Below, one piece after another: positions 47,819 through 57,747 of a stretch of 64,000 nucleotides of DNA (positions are counted from its first letter, which is position 1; each line of letters begins with the position of its first letter). Where the stretch lies: positions 3,296,001-3,360,000 of the forward strand of contig OZ242008.1 in the NCBI GenBank assembly GCA_965204735.1, in the 5' to 3' direction. The stretch comes from Longimicrobiales bacterium (lineage in GTDB: Bacteria > Gemmatimonadota > Gemmatimonadetes > Longimicrobiales > Gaopeijiaceae). Below the pieces are notes generated by a model that searched no databases, had not been told where the DNA came from, and saw only the letters and a program-made list of their open reading frames with translations. Position numbers and translations under genes: made by a program.

Positions 47819-48319
47819 ATGACCGTTCGCTTCCGTCCCATGACCGCCGCCGACTGGCCCGCAGTCGCCGAGGTCTACCGCCAGGGAATCGCCGGCGGCG
47901 ACGCCACTTTCGAGACGGAAGTCCCGGATTGGGAGGCATGGGACGCCGCGCGCCTCCGGGAGTGCAGGATCGTGGCCGAGGCGGACGGGAGGGTCGTCGG
48001 CTTCGCGTGCTTGAGCCCTGCTTCGTCGCGTCCGGTGTACGCGGGGGTGTGCGAGGTGATGGTCTACGTGGCTCGGGAGGAGCGGGGCAAGGGAATGGGC
48101 AAACGCCTCCTCGGGGCGCTGGTCGAAGCGTCGGAAGCCGCTGGGATATGGACGCTGCACGCGGGGATCTTTCCGGAGAACGAGGCGTCGATCAGGGCGC
48201 ACGAGCGGGCCGGGTTCCGAGTCGTGGGCGTCTTCGAGCGCGTCGGGCGCTTCCACGACGGGCGCTGGCGGGACACGGTGCTGATGGAGCGGCGGAGTGC
48301 GGTCGTCGGGGTGGAGTAG
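47819..48319 (+). CDS. GNAT N-acetyltransferase (phosphinothricin acetyltransferase family)
   Basis: ATFET, VYV....RGKGMG, GIFPENEAS..AHE..GFRVVG, WRDTVLMERRS. Confidence 0.9.
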   Translation: MTVRFRPMTAADWPAVAEVYRQGIAGGDATFETEVPDWEAWDAARLRECRIVAEADGRVVGFACLSPASSRPVYAGVCEVMVYVAREERGKGMGKRLLGALVEASEAAGIWTLHAGIFPENEASIRAHERAGFRVVGVFERVGRFHDGRWRDTVLMERRSAVVGVE

Positions 48320-48332
48320 CCCCCGACTCGGG

Positions 48333-48828
48333 TCAGCCGACGGCCCTTCGCCACTCCTCCAAGAGCCGAGCCTCGGTCGCTCGGTCCAGCCCGGTGCGCA
48401 ACGCGCCCTGCCCGTTCGACTCGCGGGCCAGGTGCCAGTCGAGGGTGTCTTTGGCGGTCACCGCCAGGGGCCGAAACGCCAGCCCCGCGGCGATCGCGCG
48501 GCTGCTCCAGCCGCTCGACCTCCGGGAAGAGGTGGGTGTTGGTGCGGCCCCGGTTGAAGAGGACGACGCCGTGGCCGCGCTCCAGCAGGCGGCGCACGAG
48601 GTGGGGGCCGATGAAGCCCGTGCCGCCCAGGACGAGCACGTTCAGTCCCGGTTGTCGTCCACCTTGCCTGGGGCGGTTCGGGCCGGTCGCGCGCGGGCTG
48701 GGTGACGGCGTGTCTTCCCGACGGCCGGCGATGGCCGACGCCGCGCCGGGGAGGGCCGCCGCAGCGAAGGCGGCGGCGCTGGTCGTGCCCAGGAAGGAGC
48801 GACGGGAGCGGGAGCGGCGCCCGGTCAT
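48333..48828 (-). pseudogene. Internally deleted Tat-exported NAD-dependent epimerase/dehydratase
   Basis: Tat RRSFLG and LVLGGTGFIG..FNRGRT..LFP.VE.L fused out of frame near 48508 to the family C-terminus RAIAAGL.FRPL..T..DTL.W...E..LL..W. Confidence 0.8.
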
Positions 48829-50093
48829 CGCCTCTCCTCGATTCTGACGACGTCCACGTGGTCCAGCTCCAGGCTGTCCTGTCTGACCGTGGCCATCAGT
48901 CCGGAGGCGAACGCGGGCGGCAGGCGGGTGCTCGATCCGATGCTCTCCCTTCGCTCTTGCGCCGGCACTCGGCCCAGCAGCGCGCCGTCGGCGTCGAAGA
49001 CTTCCCAGCGGTTCCCGGCCGTGCGCACGACTTCGACCCAGAGGCGACCGTCGGGGGCCACCCATATCTCGCTGACGAAGGGCTTCGCGACCGGGCGTTC
49101 GGGTCGGCTGGGCTCGCACGAGGCGCCCGGCGTCCTCTCGCGGAACTCCCGGAACTCCTGGTTGCCGGCGTCCCACTCCTCGTCGGTGATCGGCTCCGCC
49201 GGCAGGTCGCGTTCGATGACCCGCAACGTGTCGTCTCCGCGGGTCACGGCGATCTTGTACTCGCCGGTCGTCGCCGAGTACCTGACGCCGCCGGGACCCG
49301 GGTGCTGCACGGGGAGGGACGCGAAGGGAACCGTGAAGGAGCTGACCCAGCCTTCGTTGTACTCGCAGACGACGATTCCCTGCCGCGAGAGGACCGCCGG
49401 CACCGTATCCGGCGTGAGGCCCGCCCCGTCGTGGCCGACGTACAGCGGTCCCAAGCCCCCTTCGGCGAACTGGAAGGCGTAGGCTTCGTTCCGGCCGACG
49501 GGGTGCAGGCGCTGCATGGCTCCTCCGCCCATGCCTGCGGTGATTCTGCGCTGCCCCAGCCACTCGCCGGCGGCCGAGAACTCGCCGATGCGACCGTTTC
49601 CGAAGTCGAGGGCCAGCAGCTTGTCGCCGACCCAGGCGATGGAGAAGAAGAACTCGGTCATCTCGCCGGGACCCTCGCCGCATCTGCCGAGCGTGCGCAG
49701 GTAGGTGCCGTCCAGGTCGAACACGCGGATCTCGCAGTGGAGCCGGTCGGCCACGTAGACGGCTTCGCCGCCCGGGTCCAGCGCGACGCTGATGACTTCG
49801 CCGAACTCCGCCGGCCCTTCTTCGAGCGAGATGTCCTTCGGCCCGATCGACACGACGGGGACCGCCTCCCACTCGGGCGCGGTCCCGGCGTTGCGGACAT
49901 GGACGACCTCGCCCACGGTGTCGACCGTGGTGGAGAGCGCAGCGCCGCCGTCGCCGTCCGGGGTTCGGTCGCCGCAGGCCGCCAGCGCGGCGGCGACGGC
50001 AAGCGCGGGCAGCATGGCATGCGCGGCCAAGCGGGACGGGGCGTGGACGGTGGACCGGATGTCGTCGCTGGCGGGTCGGGTCGCGTTAGGCAT
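48825..50093 (-). CDS. 6-bladed beta-propeller (NHL-like) lipoprotein
   Basis: LAACG lipobox, VYVAD..IRVFD.DG, G.GPGE, DGRLWV, WEVFD.DG.LLG. Confidence 0.75.
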   Translation of the reverse strand: MPNATRPASDDIRSTVHAPSRLAAHAMLPALAVAAALAACGDRTPDGDGGAALSTTVDTVGEVVHVRNAGTAPEWEAVPVVSIGPKDISLEEGPAEFGEVISVALDPGGEAVYVADRLHCEIRVFDLDGTYLRTLGRCGEGPGEMTEFFFSIAWVGDKLLALDFGNGRIGEFSAAGEWLGQRRITAGMGGGAMQRLHPVGRNEAYAFQFAEGGLGPLYVGHDGAGLTPDTVPAVLSRQGIVVCEYNEGWVSSFTVPFASLPVQHPGPGGVRYSATTGEYKIAVTRGDDTLRVIERDLPAEPITDEEWDAGNQEFREFRERTPGASCEPSRPERPVAKPFVSEIWVAPDGRLWVEVVRTAGNRWEVFDADGALLGRVPAQERRESIGSSTRLPPAFASGLMATVRQDSLELDHVDVVRIEERR

Positions 50094-50173
50094 GGATTCG
50101 ACTTTCGTCCGGGAGGGTTGGTTCAGTTCAGAGGGTCTCTATTGGCGGCTGGCCGGTGGCCCGTGAGCTGCTA

Positions 50174-51190
50174 TTATGAGTCCGCACGACTCCGGCGAGT
50201 GGTTGCCGTTCCAGCCCGGGCCTGAATCCGATCCACGACTTCCCGGCGCAGCTGGTCGAGCGCACCAGGCTTCCAAGCGATATGGTAGTACTGCCTGGTG
50301 TCGAAGTGAAGGTTGTCGATCTGATCCTCGCGACACGTCGAGACCACTTCGATGCCGAGGCCCCGGGCGAACCCGACTTCGAAGTACACGCTGCCGCGAA
50401 CGCCTTCGTCTCCGTGCGTGAAGTCGGCCAGTACGAAGCGAGATTGCCGGATCGCTGCCATGATGGCGTCGTCGATCCTGTCCACGTTGGGTTGTCGGTC
50501 AATCCTGACTGCCTTGTAGCCCGCATCCTCGATCGCGGGACGGAAGCCGTTGTCATACACGTCGTCCATCGACTTGTCGAGCCACATTGCTACGAACGCC
50601 TGCCTCGAGTCGGGAAGATCGGGTTTGCGAAACGCTTCGTAGCCCTGTCCCGTCACCTCGACGCAATAGGTGCTGTCGGTCGGAAGCCGCGTGGTGCGAA
50701 CCCACTGCTTCCTCACCAATTCGTCGCATAGGAACTTGAGCTCGCCATCTGTGGTCGACTCGGAATAGGCGAGAGCATACGGAGCGCCCCTGGTAGCAGC
50801 AGCACCGATGCCAACCTTTGGCTCATGGAAGAGACAAACTTCATGGCCGATTGATCTCGAGGACTCGACGAGCCACTCCATGAGACGGTGCACGCGCTCG
50901 GATACTTCAAGGTTGCGGCCGGACACTGATTTCCTCACGAGTGCTTGGTCCACGACCAATGGCTGGCCCGTTCGCTTCCGGTAGTCAATCAAACGAGTGG
51001 TCAGACGCGCCCTTGCAGGGGCATCGATGCTCCCTTCGTCCAGCTGGAACATCGCCATCTGCGTGATATCGAACCGTCCGCCGGCCCGTGGGGAATCGAC
51101 GTACCAAATGGCTTTGTTGTCGATGTACCCGCGACGGCTGGCCGGGTAGTCCGGCCAGATCGGACATCTGTACCCCGCATTGGTCGTCAC
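50174..51190 (-). CDS. Hypothetical protein with C-terminal nucleoside 2-deoxyribosyltransferase/TIR-like domain
   Basis: QAFVAMW, AIEDAGY...RID, IDD.I...IR.SRFVLADFT, SVYFEVGFA.GLG, HFD; preceding wHTH-like VT.QGYE; lower GC. Confidence 0.7.
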   Translation of the reverse strand: MTTNAGYRCPIWPDYPASRRGYIDNKAIWYVDSPRAGGRFDITQMAMFQLDEGSIDAPARARLTTRLIDYRKRTGQPLVVDQALVRKSVSGRNLEVSERVHRLMEWLVESSRSIGHEVCLFHEPKVGIGAAATRGAPYALAYSESTTDGELKFLCDELVRKQWVRTTRLPTDSTYCVEVTGQGYEAFRKPDLPDSRQAFVAMWLDKSMDDVYDNGFRPAIEDAGYKAVRIDRQPNVDRIDDAIMAAIRQSRFVLADFTHGDEGVRGSVYFEVGFARGLGIEVVSTCREDQIDNLHFDTRQYYHIAWKPGALDQLRREVVDRIQARAGTATTRRSRADS

Positions 51191-51201
51191 AGCGTCTTGA
51201 C

Positions 51202-51633
51202 CTATCCTGCCCTAGTAGAGGTAGAGGCAGACAGGTACGGCTCCACCGGCTCCACCGTGCGCGACTCCCACCACGCTGCTCCCACGGCCGCCGCCAACGT
51301 CGTCGCCGCCAGCGGCAGGAGGCCGCCCTCGAGGCCCAGGGTGCCGGCCACCAAGGCGGTCGTCACCACCGTCAGCCCGCCGAGGGCGCCCGTCGCCCCG
51401 ATCTCCCAAGGCTTCGGCCGCGCCCGTTCCTCGATCCAGAGAGCGGTAACCTCGTCCATCGCTCGCTGGGCGACGTGCTCGGGCACTTCGGTGGCGCGCA
51501 CGTCCTCGACTTCCTTCAGGACGCGCAGCACGTGACGGCACTCGTCGCACTGCGCCACGTGGTCCGAGAGCCCGGCGACGGCGCGCAGGTCGAGGGCGTG
51601 GTCCACGACGTGGTCGAGGTGGGGACAGGTCAT
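51202..51633 (-). CDS. Zinc-finger anti-sigma factor-like membrane protein
   Basis: HVAQCDEC (HxxxCxxC), two TM helices; ATGA-coupled to the upstream sigma gene. Confidence 0.75.
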   Translation of the reverse strand: MTCPHLDHVVDHALDLRAVAGLSDHVAQCDECRHVLRVLKEVEDVRATEVPEHVAQRAMDEVTALWIEERARPKPWEIGATGALGGLTVVTTALVAGTLGLEGGLLPLAATTLAAAVGAAWWESRTVEPVEPYLSASTSTRAG

Positions 51634-52181
51634 GGTCTGAACTCCGGCAAGAGCGCGGCCAGCCGCTTCGCGGCGTGACGCACGTTGGACCTCACTGTGG
51701 CGATCTCCGCTCCAAGAAGTTCCGCCGCTTCCCTGGGAGTGCGGCCCTCGATGTGAACAAGGTGGAAAGCTTCGCGCTGCGCGTTGGGAAGCACCTGCAA
51801 CTTCTCGAGCACGCGCTCCCGAAACTCGCTCCTCTCGACTTGGGTCAACGGGTCGACTGCCCGGTCGACGGGCTCCGACTGCGGAGGAAGGTCCTCGAGG
51901 CCCGTCAGGCGGCCGGCCCGCCGCTTGCCAGCCCGAATCTCCATCAGGCAGGCGTTGCGCGCGATGCGCCCCGCCCAGGCCGTGAAGCTGCGGCGCTTGC
52001 GCAGCGTCTTTCGCTTCTGCCAGATCGCGATCCACACTTGCTGATAGAGCTCCTCGCGCCAGTCCGCGTCGTGCTGGAACGACCGTATGACGCCCATGAG
52101 AAAACCCCGGTGCCGGCGGTTCAACTCGCGAAAGAAGACCGGGTCTCCGGCCCGAAACAGTTCCAGCTCAGAGTCGTCCAC
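51630..52181 (-). CDS. ECF RNA polymerase sigma factor
   Basis: EELYQQVWI, SFTAW..RIARN, LP..QREAF.L...EG....EAA.LLG....TVRS. Confidence 0.88.
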   Translation of the reverse strand: MDDSELELFRAGDPVFFRELNRRHRGFLMGVIRSFQHDADWREELYQQVWIAIWQKRKTLRKRRSFTAWAGRIARNACLMEIRAGKRRAGRLTGLEDLPPQSEPVDRAVDPLTQVERSEFRERVLEKLQVLPNAQREAFHLVHIEGRTPREAAELLGAEIATVRSNVRHAAKRLAALLPEFRP

Positions 52182-52989
52182 CCTCCACTGGATACGGCTC
52201 GATCGAGCGGTGCGCAAGGCTGTTGCGACGACGCGCCACGAGAGCCAGGATGCCGATCTGGGCCGCCGGGACCAGCACCGGCGCCCACGCCGCGACGATT
52301 CCGGACACGGTCTCCCACTCCCGGTTCGGTCCCTGCGCCAGCAAGATGGCGACGACGACGGCAATCGTGCCAGCCAGAACCACGGACCACCGCGTTCGAC
52401 GGCGGGCGCGCGGGCGCATCCCACGGGTCGCCCGACCGAGCAACAGTCCCACGAAGGTGTTGAGAAGCGCGATCGCCGCCGTGGCCGCAGGAAGGTGAAG
52501 GGAAAGGACGAGCCTGGCCGGATACGCCCTGTCGGGGTGCTCGACGGACATGCTGTACTCGGCCGGCGGGTTTTCCAGCACATATGCAAGGTTCCGCAGG
52601 ATCCCCGGCGGAATCTGGACCCCGAACATCTCGATGTCCGCTCCGTATCGGTCTTCCCACGAGAATCCGGCGTACTCCGCCAGCGGCTGGACCAGGGCCG
52701 CCATAACGTAGGCCGCGACGGCCACGGCCACTCCGGCAACCGCAGCTGCCCGAAGTCGACGGCCCTGGAACTCGGCCAAGCGCACGCCGCCGGCGACGGC
52801 TGCGAAAGAGAGCACCCCGGCCACGTCGCCGGACACGGCCTCGACCAGCCACCAGAACCGATCCGGCCCGCGCACGACGTACTGGACCAAAACGAGCGCC
52901 GTGGCCGCCGCCGTCCACGCCAGTGTGGACTTCAGAGCCCGCCTTGCCCCGCTGCGAACTTCGGGCGGCCCCACGTCTTCTTCGCTCAC
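52168..52989 (-). CDS. Hypothetical multi-pass membrane protein
   Basis: About six hydrophobic segments; overlaps both neighbours. Confidence 0.6.
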   Translation of the reverse strand: MSEEDVGPPEVRSGARRALKSTLAWTAAATALVLVQYVVRGPDRFWWLVEAVSGDVAGVLSFAAVAGGVRLAEFQGRRLRAAAVAGVAVAVAAYVMAALVQPLAEYAGFSWEDRYGADIEMFGVQIPPGILRNLAYVLENPPAEYSMSVEHPDRAYPARLVLSLHLPAATAAIALLNTFVGLLLGRATRGMRPRARRRTRWSVVLAGTIAVVVAILLAQGPNREWETVSGIVAAWAPVLVPAAQIGILALVARRRNSLAHRSIEPYPVEGGRL

Positions 52990-53020
52990 AAGGTTGCGGC
53001 GGGCGCCCCGGTCTTCGCCC

Positions 53021-53609
53021 TCATCGGTCGCCGCTCAGTTCGTGCAGCTTCGTCCGCAGGGCGGCGTGAGCCCGGCAGAGGTCCGACCTGACCGTGCCCT
53101 CCGGGCGGCCGACTGTCGTCGCGATCTCCTTGTGGGACATCTCCTTGAACCACCGGCAGATCACGACGGGTCCGCTGGACCTGCGGCAGCTCGTCGATGG
53201 CTTTGCGTACGTCCAGCTTTACGAGGACGGCATCCTCGGAGTGGCGTGAGTCGCGGAGCTGCGCCGTCGCGGCGTACGCCTCCAGAAGGGAGGACTGCCG
53301 CGCGTGCTTCCTGGCCTCCTGGCGGCCCACGTTGCGAACGAAGCCGGCCAGCCACGCACCGGCCGCTTCGGGGTCGTCGAGCGTGTGGAGCGCGTTGTAG
53401 GCGGCCGCGGAAGCGTTCTGGACGATGTCCTCCGCTCCCACGGATCCGTGGGCGTAGCGAGCCGCCACGGAGAGCAGGCGGGGGCGGTGGAGCCTGATCC
53501 ACTTCTTGAAGGTGTGGTCGTTGCGGTCCGTGGTGTGCTCGTTGTGGTCCGCGTGGGCCCGGTCCGGCGGGCTGGTTCTCGGTTCGGTGGAGCTGGGTCT
53601 GGTAGCCAT
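53021..53609 (-). pseudogene. ECF sigma factor with a single-base frameshift in region 4
   Basis: AEDIVQ, WL..FVRN, LPQVQR; region 4 (EMSHKEIA..VG.PEGTVRS.L.RA...LR) continues in another frame after one extra base at 53168-53170. Confidence 0.75.
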
Positions 53610-53738
53610 GGCGAGCCTTCCCTGTGCGGGGGCCGGCTGACCGTCCGCGTGACGGTCCGACACTCTCCTGATGCCTCGAGGCCGGAAAGTGTGCAATCCG
53701 CCCTTGCGCGGGATGGAGCCCCTCGCGCGCCCGGCCCG

Positions 53739-55664
53739 TCAGCGTGCGGTCGGCGAGGTGACTGATCCGTTGCCCTCGACGCGCAGGTCCAGCGTTGCGT
53801 GGAGCTCTTCGAGGGATATCGTGACCGTGCGCTCGGCGACGGCGGCCACGTTCGCCATCAGCTGTCCCTCGTCGTCGTGCCCAGGGACCAGCGTCTCGTC
53901 GTCGACCAGCACTGCGACCCGCAATGGCGTGTTGGTCGGCACCCAGCACGCCCGGTAGAACCCCGAGCTGTTGGTCGTGACGACTGCGCCGCCTCGCTGG
54001 CCGTCATGCTCCAAGAGCGCTTTGAGAGAGCGCTCGTCCCGGGTCGTGGCCACCTTCGAGAGTATCCGCATGTCGTAGGCGTCCGAGAGCACCCGCACCG
54101 TCGCGTCGGCGACGGGTTCCCCTCCGGCGTCGCGGACATGTCCCATCAGGATGCCGTGGGGCCACACCAGCTTCGCGGGCGGGGCATCGTCCGCGGGCGC
54201 CGGGGATGCGGACTGCACGGCGAGCGACGCCAGCACGATCAGCACGCTCCGGGGCGAGCCCATGCCCCTGCACACGTCCTTCATGATCTCGCTGGCGGCC
54301 GGGGCGTCGAACTCGACCCGGGCCGGCTCGGCGTCGTCCGCCTCCACCTTCACCTCGGCGGGGTCGGGCGCGTACCAGAGCTCCTCCAGGTAGGGATGGC
54401 TGTAGGCGACTTGGTACTCGCCCGGCTGCAGGTGGGTCAGCTCGAAGGCGCCGTCCGGGCCCGTCGTCGCCTCCAGCCCCTTCCCCGGCGCGAACACGCG
54501 GGCGCCGGCCAGCCCGGCCCCCAGGCTGTCCCGAACCACGCCGGCAATGCGCCGCCCTGGACCAGCGTCAAAGACCACGCCGCCCGGCCCGTGGACCCGC
54601 AGCACCTCGCCGCCCTGGACCGTCACGCCCTCCAGCGTCGCCGCCGGCCGCCCGGTCAGCGGATGCTCGACGACGCCGGCCCGGAACATCCGGATGCTCC
54701 ACGAGTCCACGATCCACGTGCCGTTGGGAAGCTCCCGGAACCGGACCATGCCCCCGGGCTCCGCCGCCATCAGCGCGGGAGGGACGCCCAGCCGCTCGTA
54801 GCGGTACGCCAACCGCTGCAGCCGCGCGGTGGACGGGTCCAGCCACATCGTCCCGGCGATCTCCGGGACGGACCGGTCGGAAACGGGCTCGAAGGCTAGG
54901 CCCACCAGCCCCGGGGCGTCGTCGCCCCCTGCCACGAGGCGGAAGCAGTGCGTGTCCAGGAACGAGTCGGCCAGCAGGACTTCGGCGTCGGGCGCCCAGA
55001 ACCAGGACTCGTCGCCCGTGACGCGGGCGTACCCGTAGGCCGTCAAGGAGTCGGCCGGGCGTGAGACGTAAGGCGCTTTGGCCGGACCCTGCGCTATGGC
55101 TCGGTCTTCCGATTCGACCTTGCGGCCCCTTTGGTCGAGTTGCCGGACGAAGTCCAGCAGCTCGTAGTCGTACATGCCTCGGCTCTGGGTCCAGGCCGCG
55201 GCGGCCAGCGCCTTGCGGGCTTCCTCCCACACTCGGCCCACGGCCATGGCCTCGGCAGGACGCACTCGGCAGCGACGGTCCGCCTCGGCCACGACGCCCT
55301 CCAGGGAGACGGCTTCCACCGGGGCCTCGATCCGCAGCGACACCGTGTCGCCAGAGGAGAGGCGGAACCACTCCGAGTAGGTGGTCGCGTAGCCGATCCG
55401 GTCGGCCCGGACTCGGTACTCGCCCGGGTCGGGCGCGTCGAGCTGGAAGAGGCCGGTGCCGGTGCGGGTGAGAGCTTGCGCCCGGCCTCGGCCCGAGCGG
55501 TCCTCCAGCACCGCCATGGCGCCGCCCACGGCGTTGCCCTGACCGGCCTCCACCAGCCGTCCTCGGACGACCTGGGCAGAAGCGAGGGCGGGCGTCGCGG
55601 CGAGGGTCGGCAGGCCGGCCAGCCACAACGCCGTCGCGAACCACCCGACGCCCATCGGCTTCAC
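53739..55664 (-). CDS. Exported protein with several carboxypeptidase-regulatory-like domains
   Basis: Signal ending ASA-Q, VRGRLV..G.F...PG.YRVRA.RIGY, IAGVVRD..T..DG.F, GHVRD..T..SGFY. Confidence 0.75.
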   Translation of the reverse strand: MKPMGVGWFATALWLAGLPTLAATPALASAQVVRGRLVEAGQGNAVGGAMAVLEDRSGRGRAQALTRTGTGLFQLDAPDPGEYRVRADRIGYATTYSEWFRLSSGDTVSLRIEAPVEAVSLEGVVAEADRRCRVRPAEAMAVGRVWEEARKALAAAAWTQSRGMYDYELLDFVRQLDQRGRKVESEDRAIAQGPAKAPYVSRPADSLTAYGYARVTGDESWFWAPDAEVLLADSFLDTHCFRLVAGGDDAPGLVGLAFEPVSDRSVPEIAGTMWLDPSTARLQRLAYRYERLGVPPALMAAEPGGMVRFRELPNGTWIVDSWSIRMFRAGVVEHPLTGRPAATLEGVTVQGGEVLRVHGPGGVVFDAGPGRRIAGVVRDSLGAGLAGARVFAPGKGLEATTGPDGAFELTHLQPGEYQVAYSHPYLEELWYAPDPAEVKVEADDAEPARVEFDAPAASEIMKDVCRGMGSPRSVLIVLASLAVQSASPAPADDAPPAKLVWPHGILMGHVRDAGGEPVADATVRVLSDAYDMRILSKVATTRDERSLKALLEHDGQRGGAVVTTNSSGFYRACWVPTNTPLRVAVLVDDETLVPGHDDEGQLMANVAAVAERTVTISLEELHATLDLRVEGNGSVTSPTAR

Positions 55665-56061
55665 CGTCCCGCCTCCGCCAGGAGCAGTCCTCTGCAGTCG
55701 CGGGGGTCCACGGTGAATCAACACTTGGTGTTCTCCTCTCTGTGAAGCTCAAGGGGACCGTCACCCTGTCGCTCTGGATTCGCACCGCCGTCTAATGTGC
55801 GGCGCCTCCGTACTATAGAGAGGTTGCCACGACCTGCTGGTTTGGTTGCAACGTCCTCACGGATCCTCGCCAGAGCGCGGCCGCTGGGGGCTCCCAGGAA
55901 GCCGCTGCTGCAACAAAAACCGAGCGTCATGACAACCACAGTGCGAGCGGGCGAACCGTCGCGCCCCCGAGGACTCGACTCCGCTCCGGGGGACGGAGGG
56001 GCCGTCACTCTCTCCAACCACCTCTCTCTCACCAGGGTCACTTCCACCAAGAGGCAGAACC

Positions 56062-57114
56062 ATGATGACGACAGCGATGCTCAGGAAGTACTGGACGCTG
56101 CAGATCGTCGCAGTCGTGACGGCGTGCGCGACCGACGAGCCGTCCGGCCTCCCCTCGTCATTTCCGTTTCCGACGACGATGGAGGACGAGATCAAGGCAT
56201 TCTCCCAGGTCTTCGTCCCAAGAGACGCCGTGGTCCTGGAAGAGAACGACAGCGTCGTCACCGCGCAGCCGTTCGTCCGCTACGACCAAGGACACTTCCT
56301 GATGGCAGACGTGCATGCCTTTCAGGTGAAAGTCTATACGACGCAAGGCGGACTCGTCCAGGTCAGGGGCCGCATGGGACAGGGTCCGGGCGAGTTCCTC
56401 TCGCCACTCTCGGCTCGCAGGGCATCCGACGGCAGCCTGCTCGTGGTCGATCCTCCAAGCATGCGGTTGACGCGACTGCCGGTCGACCTCCGCGAAGAGC
56501 CCGTGATAGCGGCCATCCCCATCCTGGCAGTAGACGCCGTCGACCTCGGGGAAGAACGATACCTGGTGGGCGGAATTTTACCAGAAGAGGCGCGCAACTC
56601 GTCTCGGCGGATGCTTCACGTGTGGAACGCAAGCAGAACCGAGATCGAACGGAGCTTCCTTCCGCTGCGGGCGCCGGCTCCCATTGCCGACTTCGTCACA
56701 TCAATGGCGCTGGGCGCGGAAATGGTCGTGCGGGGCGATACGATCTGGGCGGTGCTGCCAATGTCCGACAGCGTGTACAAGCTTGATCTGGACGGTTCTC
56801 AACTTGACGCGCTGCCCTTGCCGCTGGATGGGCAGATGCATCTGGAGGCATCTTCAGCGGGCGAACACTGGGAACACTGGAGAATCTTTGGCCTCCATGT
56901 CATGGGGGACGGGAACATAGTCGTTCAGGTGATGAGGGAGGTTGCCCGACAGGAGTTTATCTACAACTTGGTCGTCATGGACCGCAAGGGAAACATCGAA
57001 GCGATCGTCGCCGACGCTCCCCAGCTGCACGTGGTGGCCGACGACGTTTTCTATTTTCAGGACCCCGAACGCTTGGAGCCCAACCGGTGGATCGCGGCCG
57101 GCTTGGCGAAGTGA
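56062..57114 (+). CDS. 6-bladed beta-propeller lipoprotein
   Basis: VTAC lipobox, LMAD...VKVY..G, GRMGQGPGEF..P. Confidence 0.7.
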   Translation: MMTTAMLRKYWTLQIVAVVTACATDEPSGLPSSFPFPTTMEDEIKAFSQVFVPRDAVVLEENDSVVTAQPFVRYDQGHFLMADVHAFQVKVYTTQGGLVQVRGRMGQGPGEFLSPLSARRASDGSLLVVDPPSMRLTRLPVDLREEPVIAAIPILAVDAVDLGEERYLVGGILPEEARNSSRRMLHVWNASRTEIERSFLPLRAPAPIADFVTSMALGAEMVVRGDTIWAVLPMSDSVYKLDLDGSQLDALPLPLDGQMHLEASSAGEHWEHWRIFGLHVMGDGNIVVQVMREVARQEFIYNLVVMDRKGNIEAIVADAPQLHVVADDVFYFQDPERLEPNRWIAAGLAK

Positions 57115-57132
57115 TTTGCGGGTCGCGTCGGC

Positions 57133-57747
57133 TCAGGTCCGCTTGCTGAAGTCCACGGGCACTGGAAGCCGAACGTTGGCCAGCGGCTCGCCGGGCGCCG
57201 GACGCTCCAGGAACGTGACGCTCTCGTAGAAGTCGTCCAGCGCGACGAACTTGCCGTTCTCCTCCGCCCACTCCCGCATCCGGCGGTTGCAGCTCCGACG
57301 CCAGGACAGCACCTCGATGCGCCACCCCCGCCGGTGCATCCGCTCCAAGTCCGCGTGGAAGCCGACGCCGGACTCAAACCCCGCGCCGTCGCCCGTAAGC
57401 AGAACTGCTGTTCCGGGGTCCCCATTGTGGTCGAAGGCGTCTCGAAGCATCGCAGTCTGGAGAGTTTGGTCGACGCCCTGCTCCCCGCCGCGCATCGCGC
57501 CCCGTTCCAGCAGCTGGACGGTTACGCCCGCGTTCTCCAGCCGGTTCCACACGTGCCGCAGTTCCGGAGGTATCGAACCCACGGCCACGGCGTGCTCGAT
57601 CTCCCGATCGGCCCGCGCCAACGCCAGCAGGTTGCGGAAGTCGATCCGCACCCTGAATCGGGCCGCCTCCCCTTCCATCTCCACGGCTACGTCCTTGGCA
57701 CTGATGAAGATGTTCGAGTTGTCCCAGTACAAGAAGACCTTGTTCAT
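57133..57747 (-). CDS. NYN domain (PIN-like) ribonuclease
   Basis: YWDNSNI, EQGVD..L, VLLTGDG, GWRIEV.SW, FVALDD; AAGGAG RBS. Confidence 0.85.
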   Translation of the reverse strand: MNKVFLYWDNSNIFISAKDVAVEMEGEAARFRVRIDFRNLLALARADREIEHAVAVGSIPPELRHVWNRLENAGVTVQLLERGAMRGGEQGVDQTLQTAMLRDAFDHNGDPGTAVLLTGDGAGFESGVGFHADLERMHRRGWRIEVLSWRRSCNRRMREWAEENGKFVALDDFYESVTFLERPAPGEPLANVRLPVPVDFSKRT

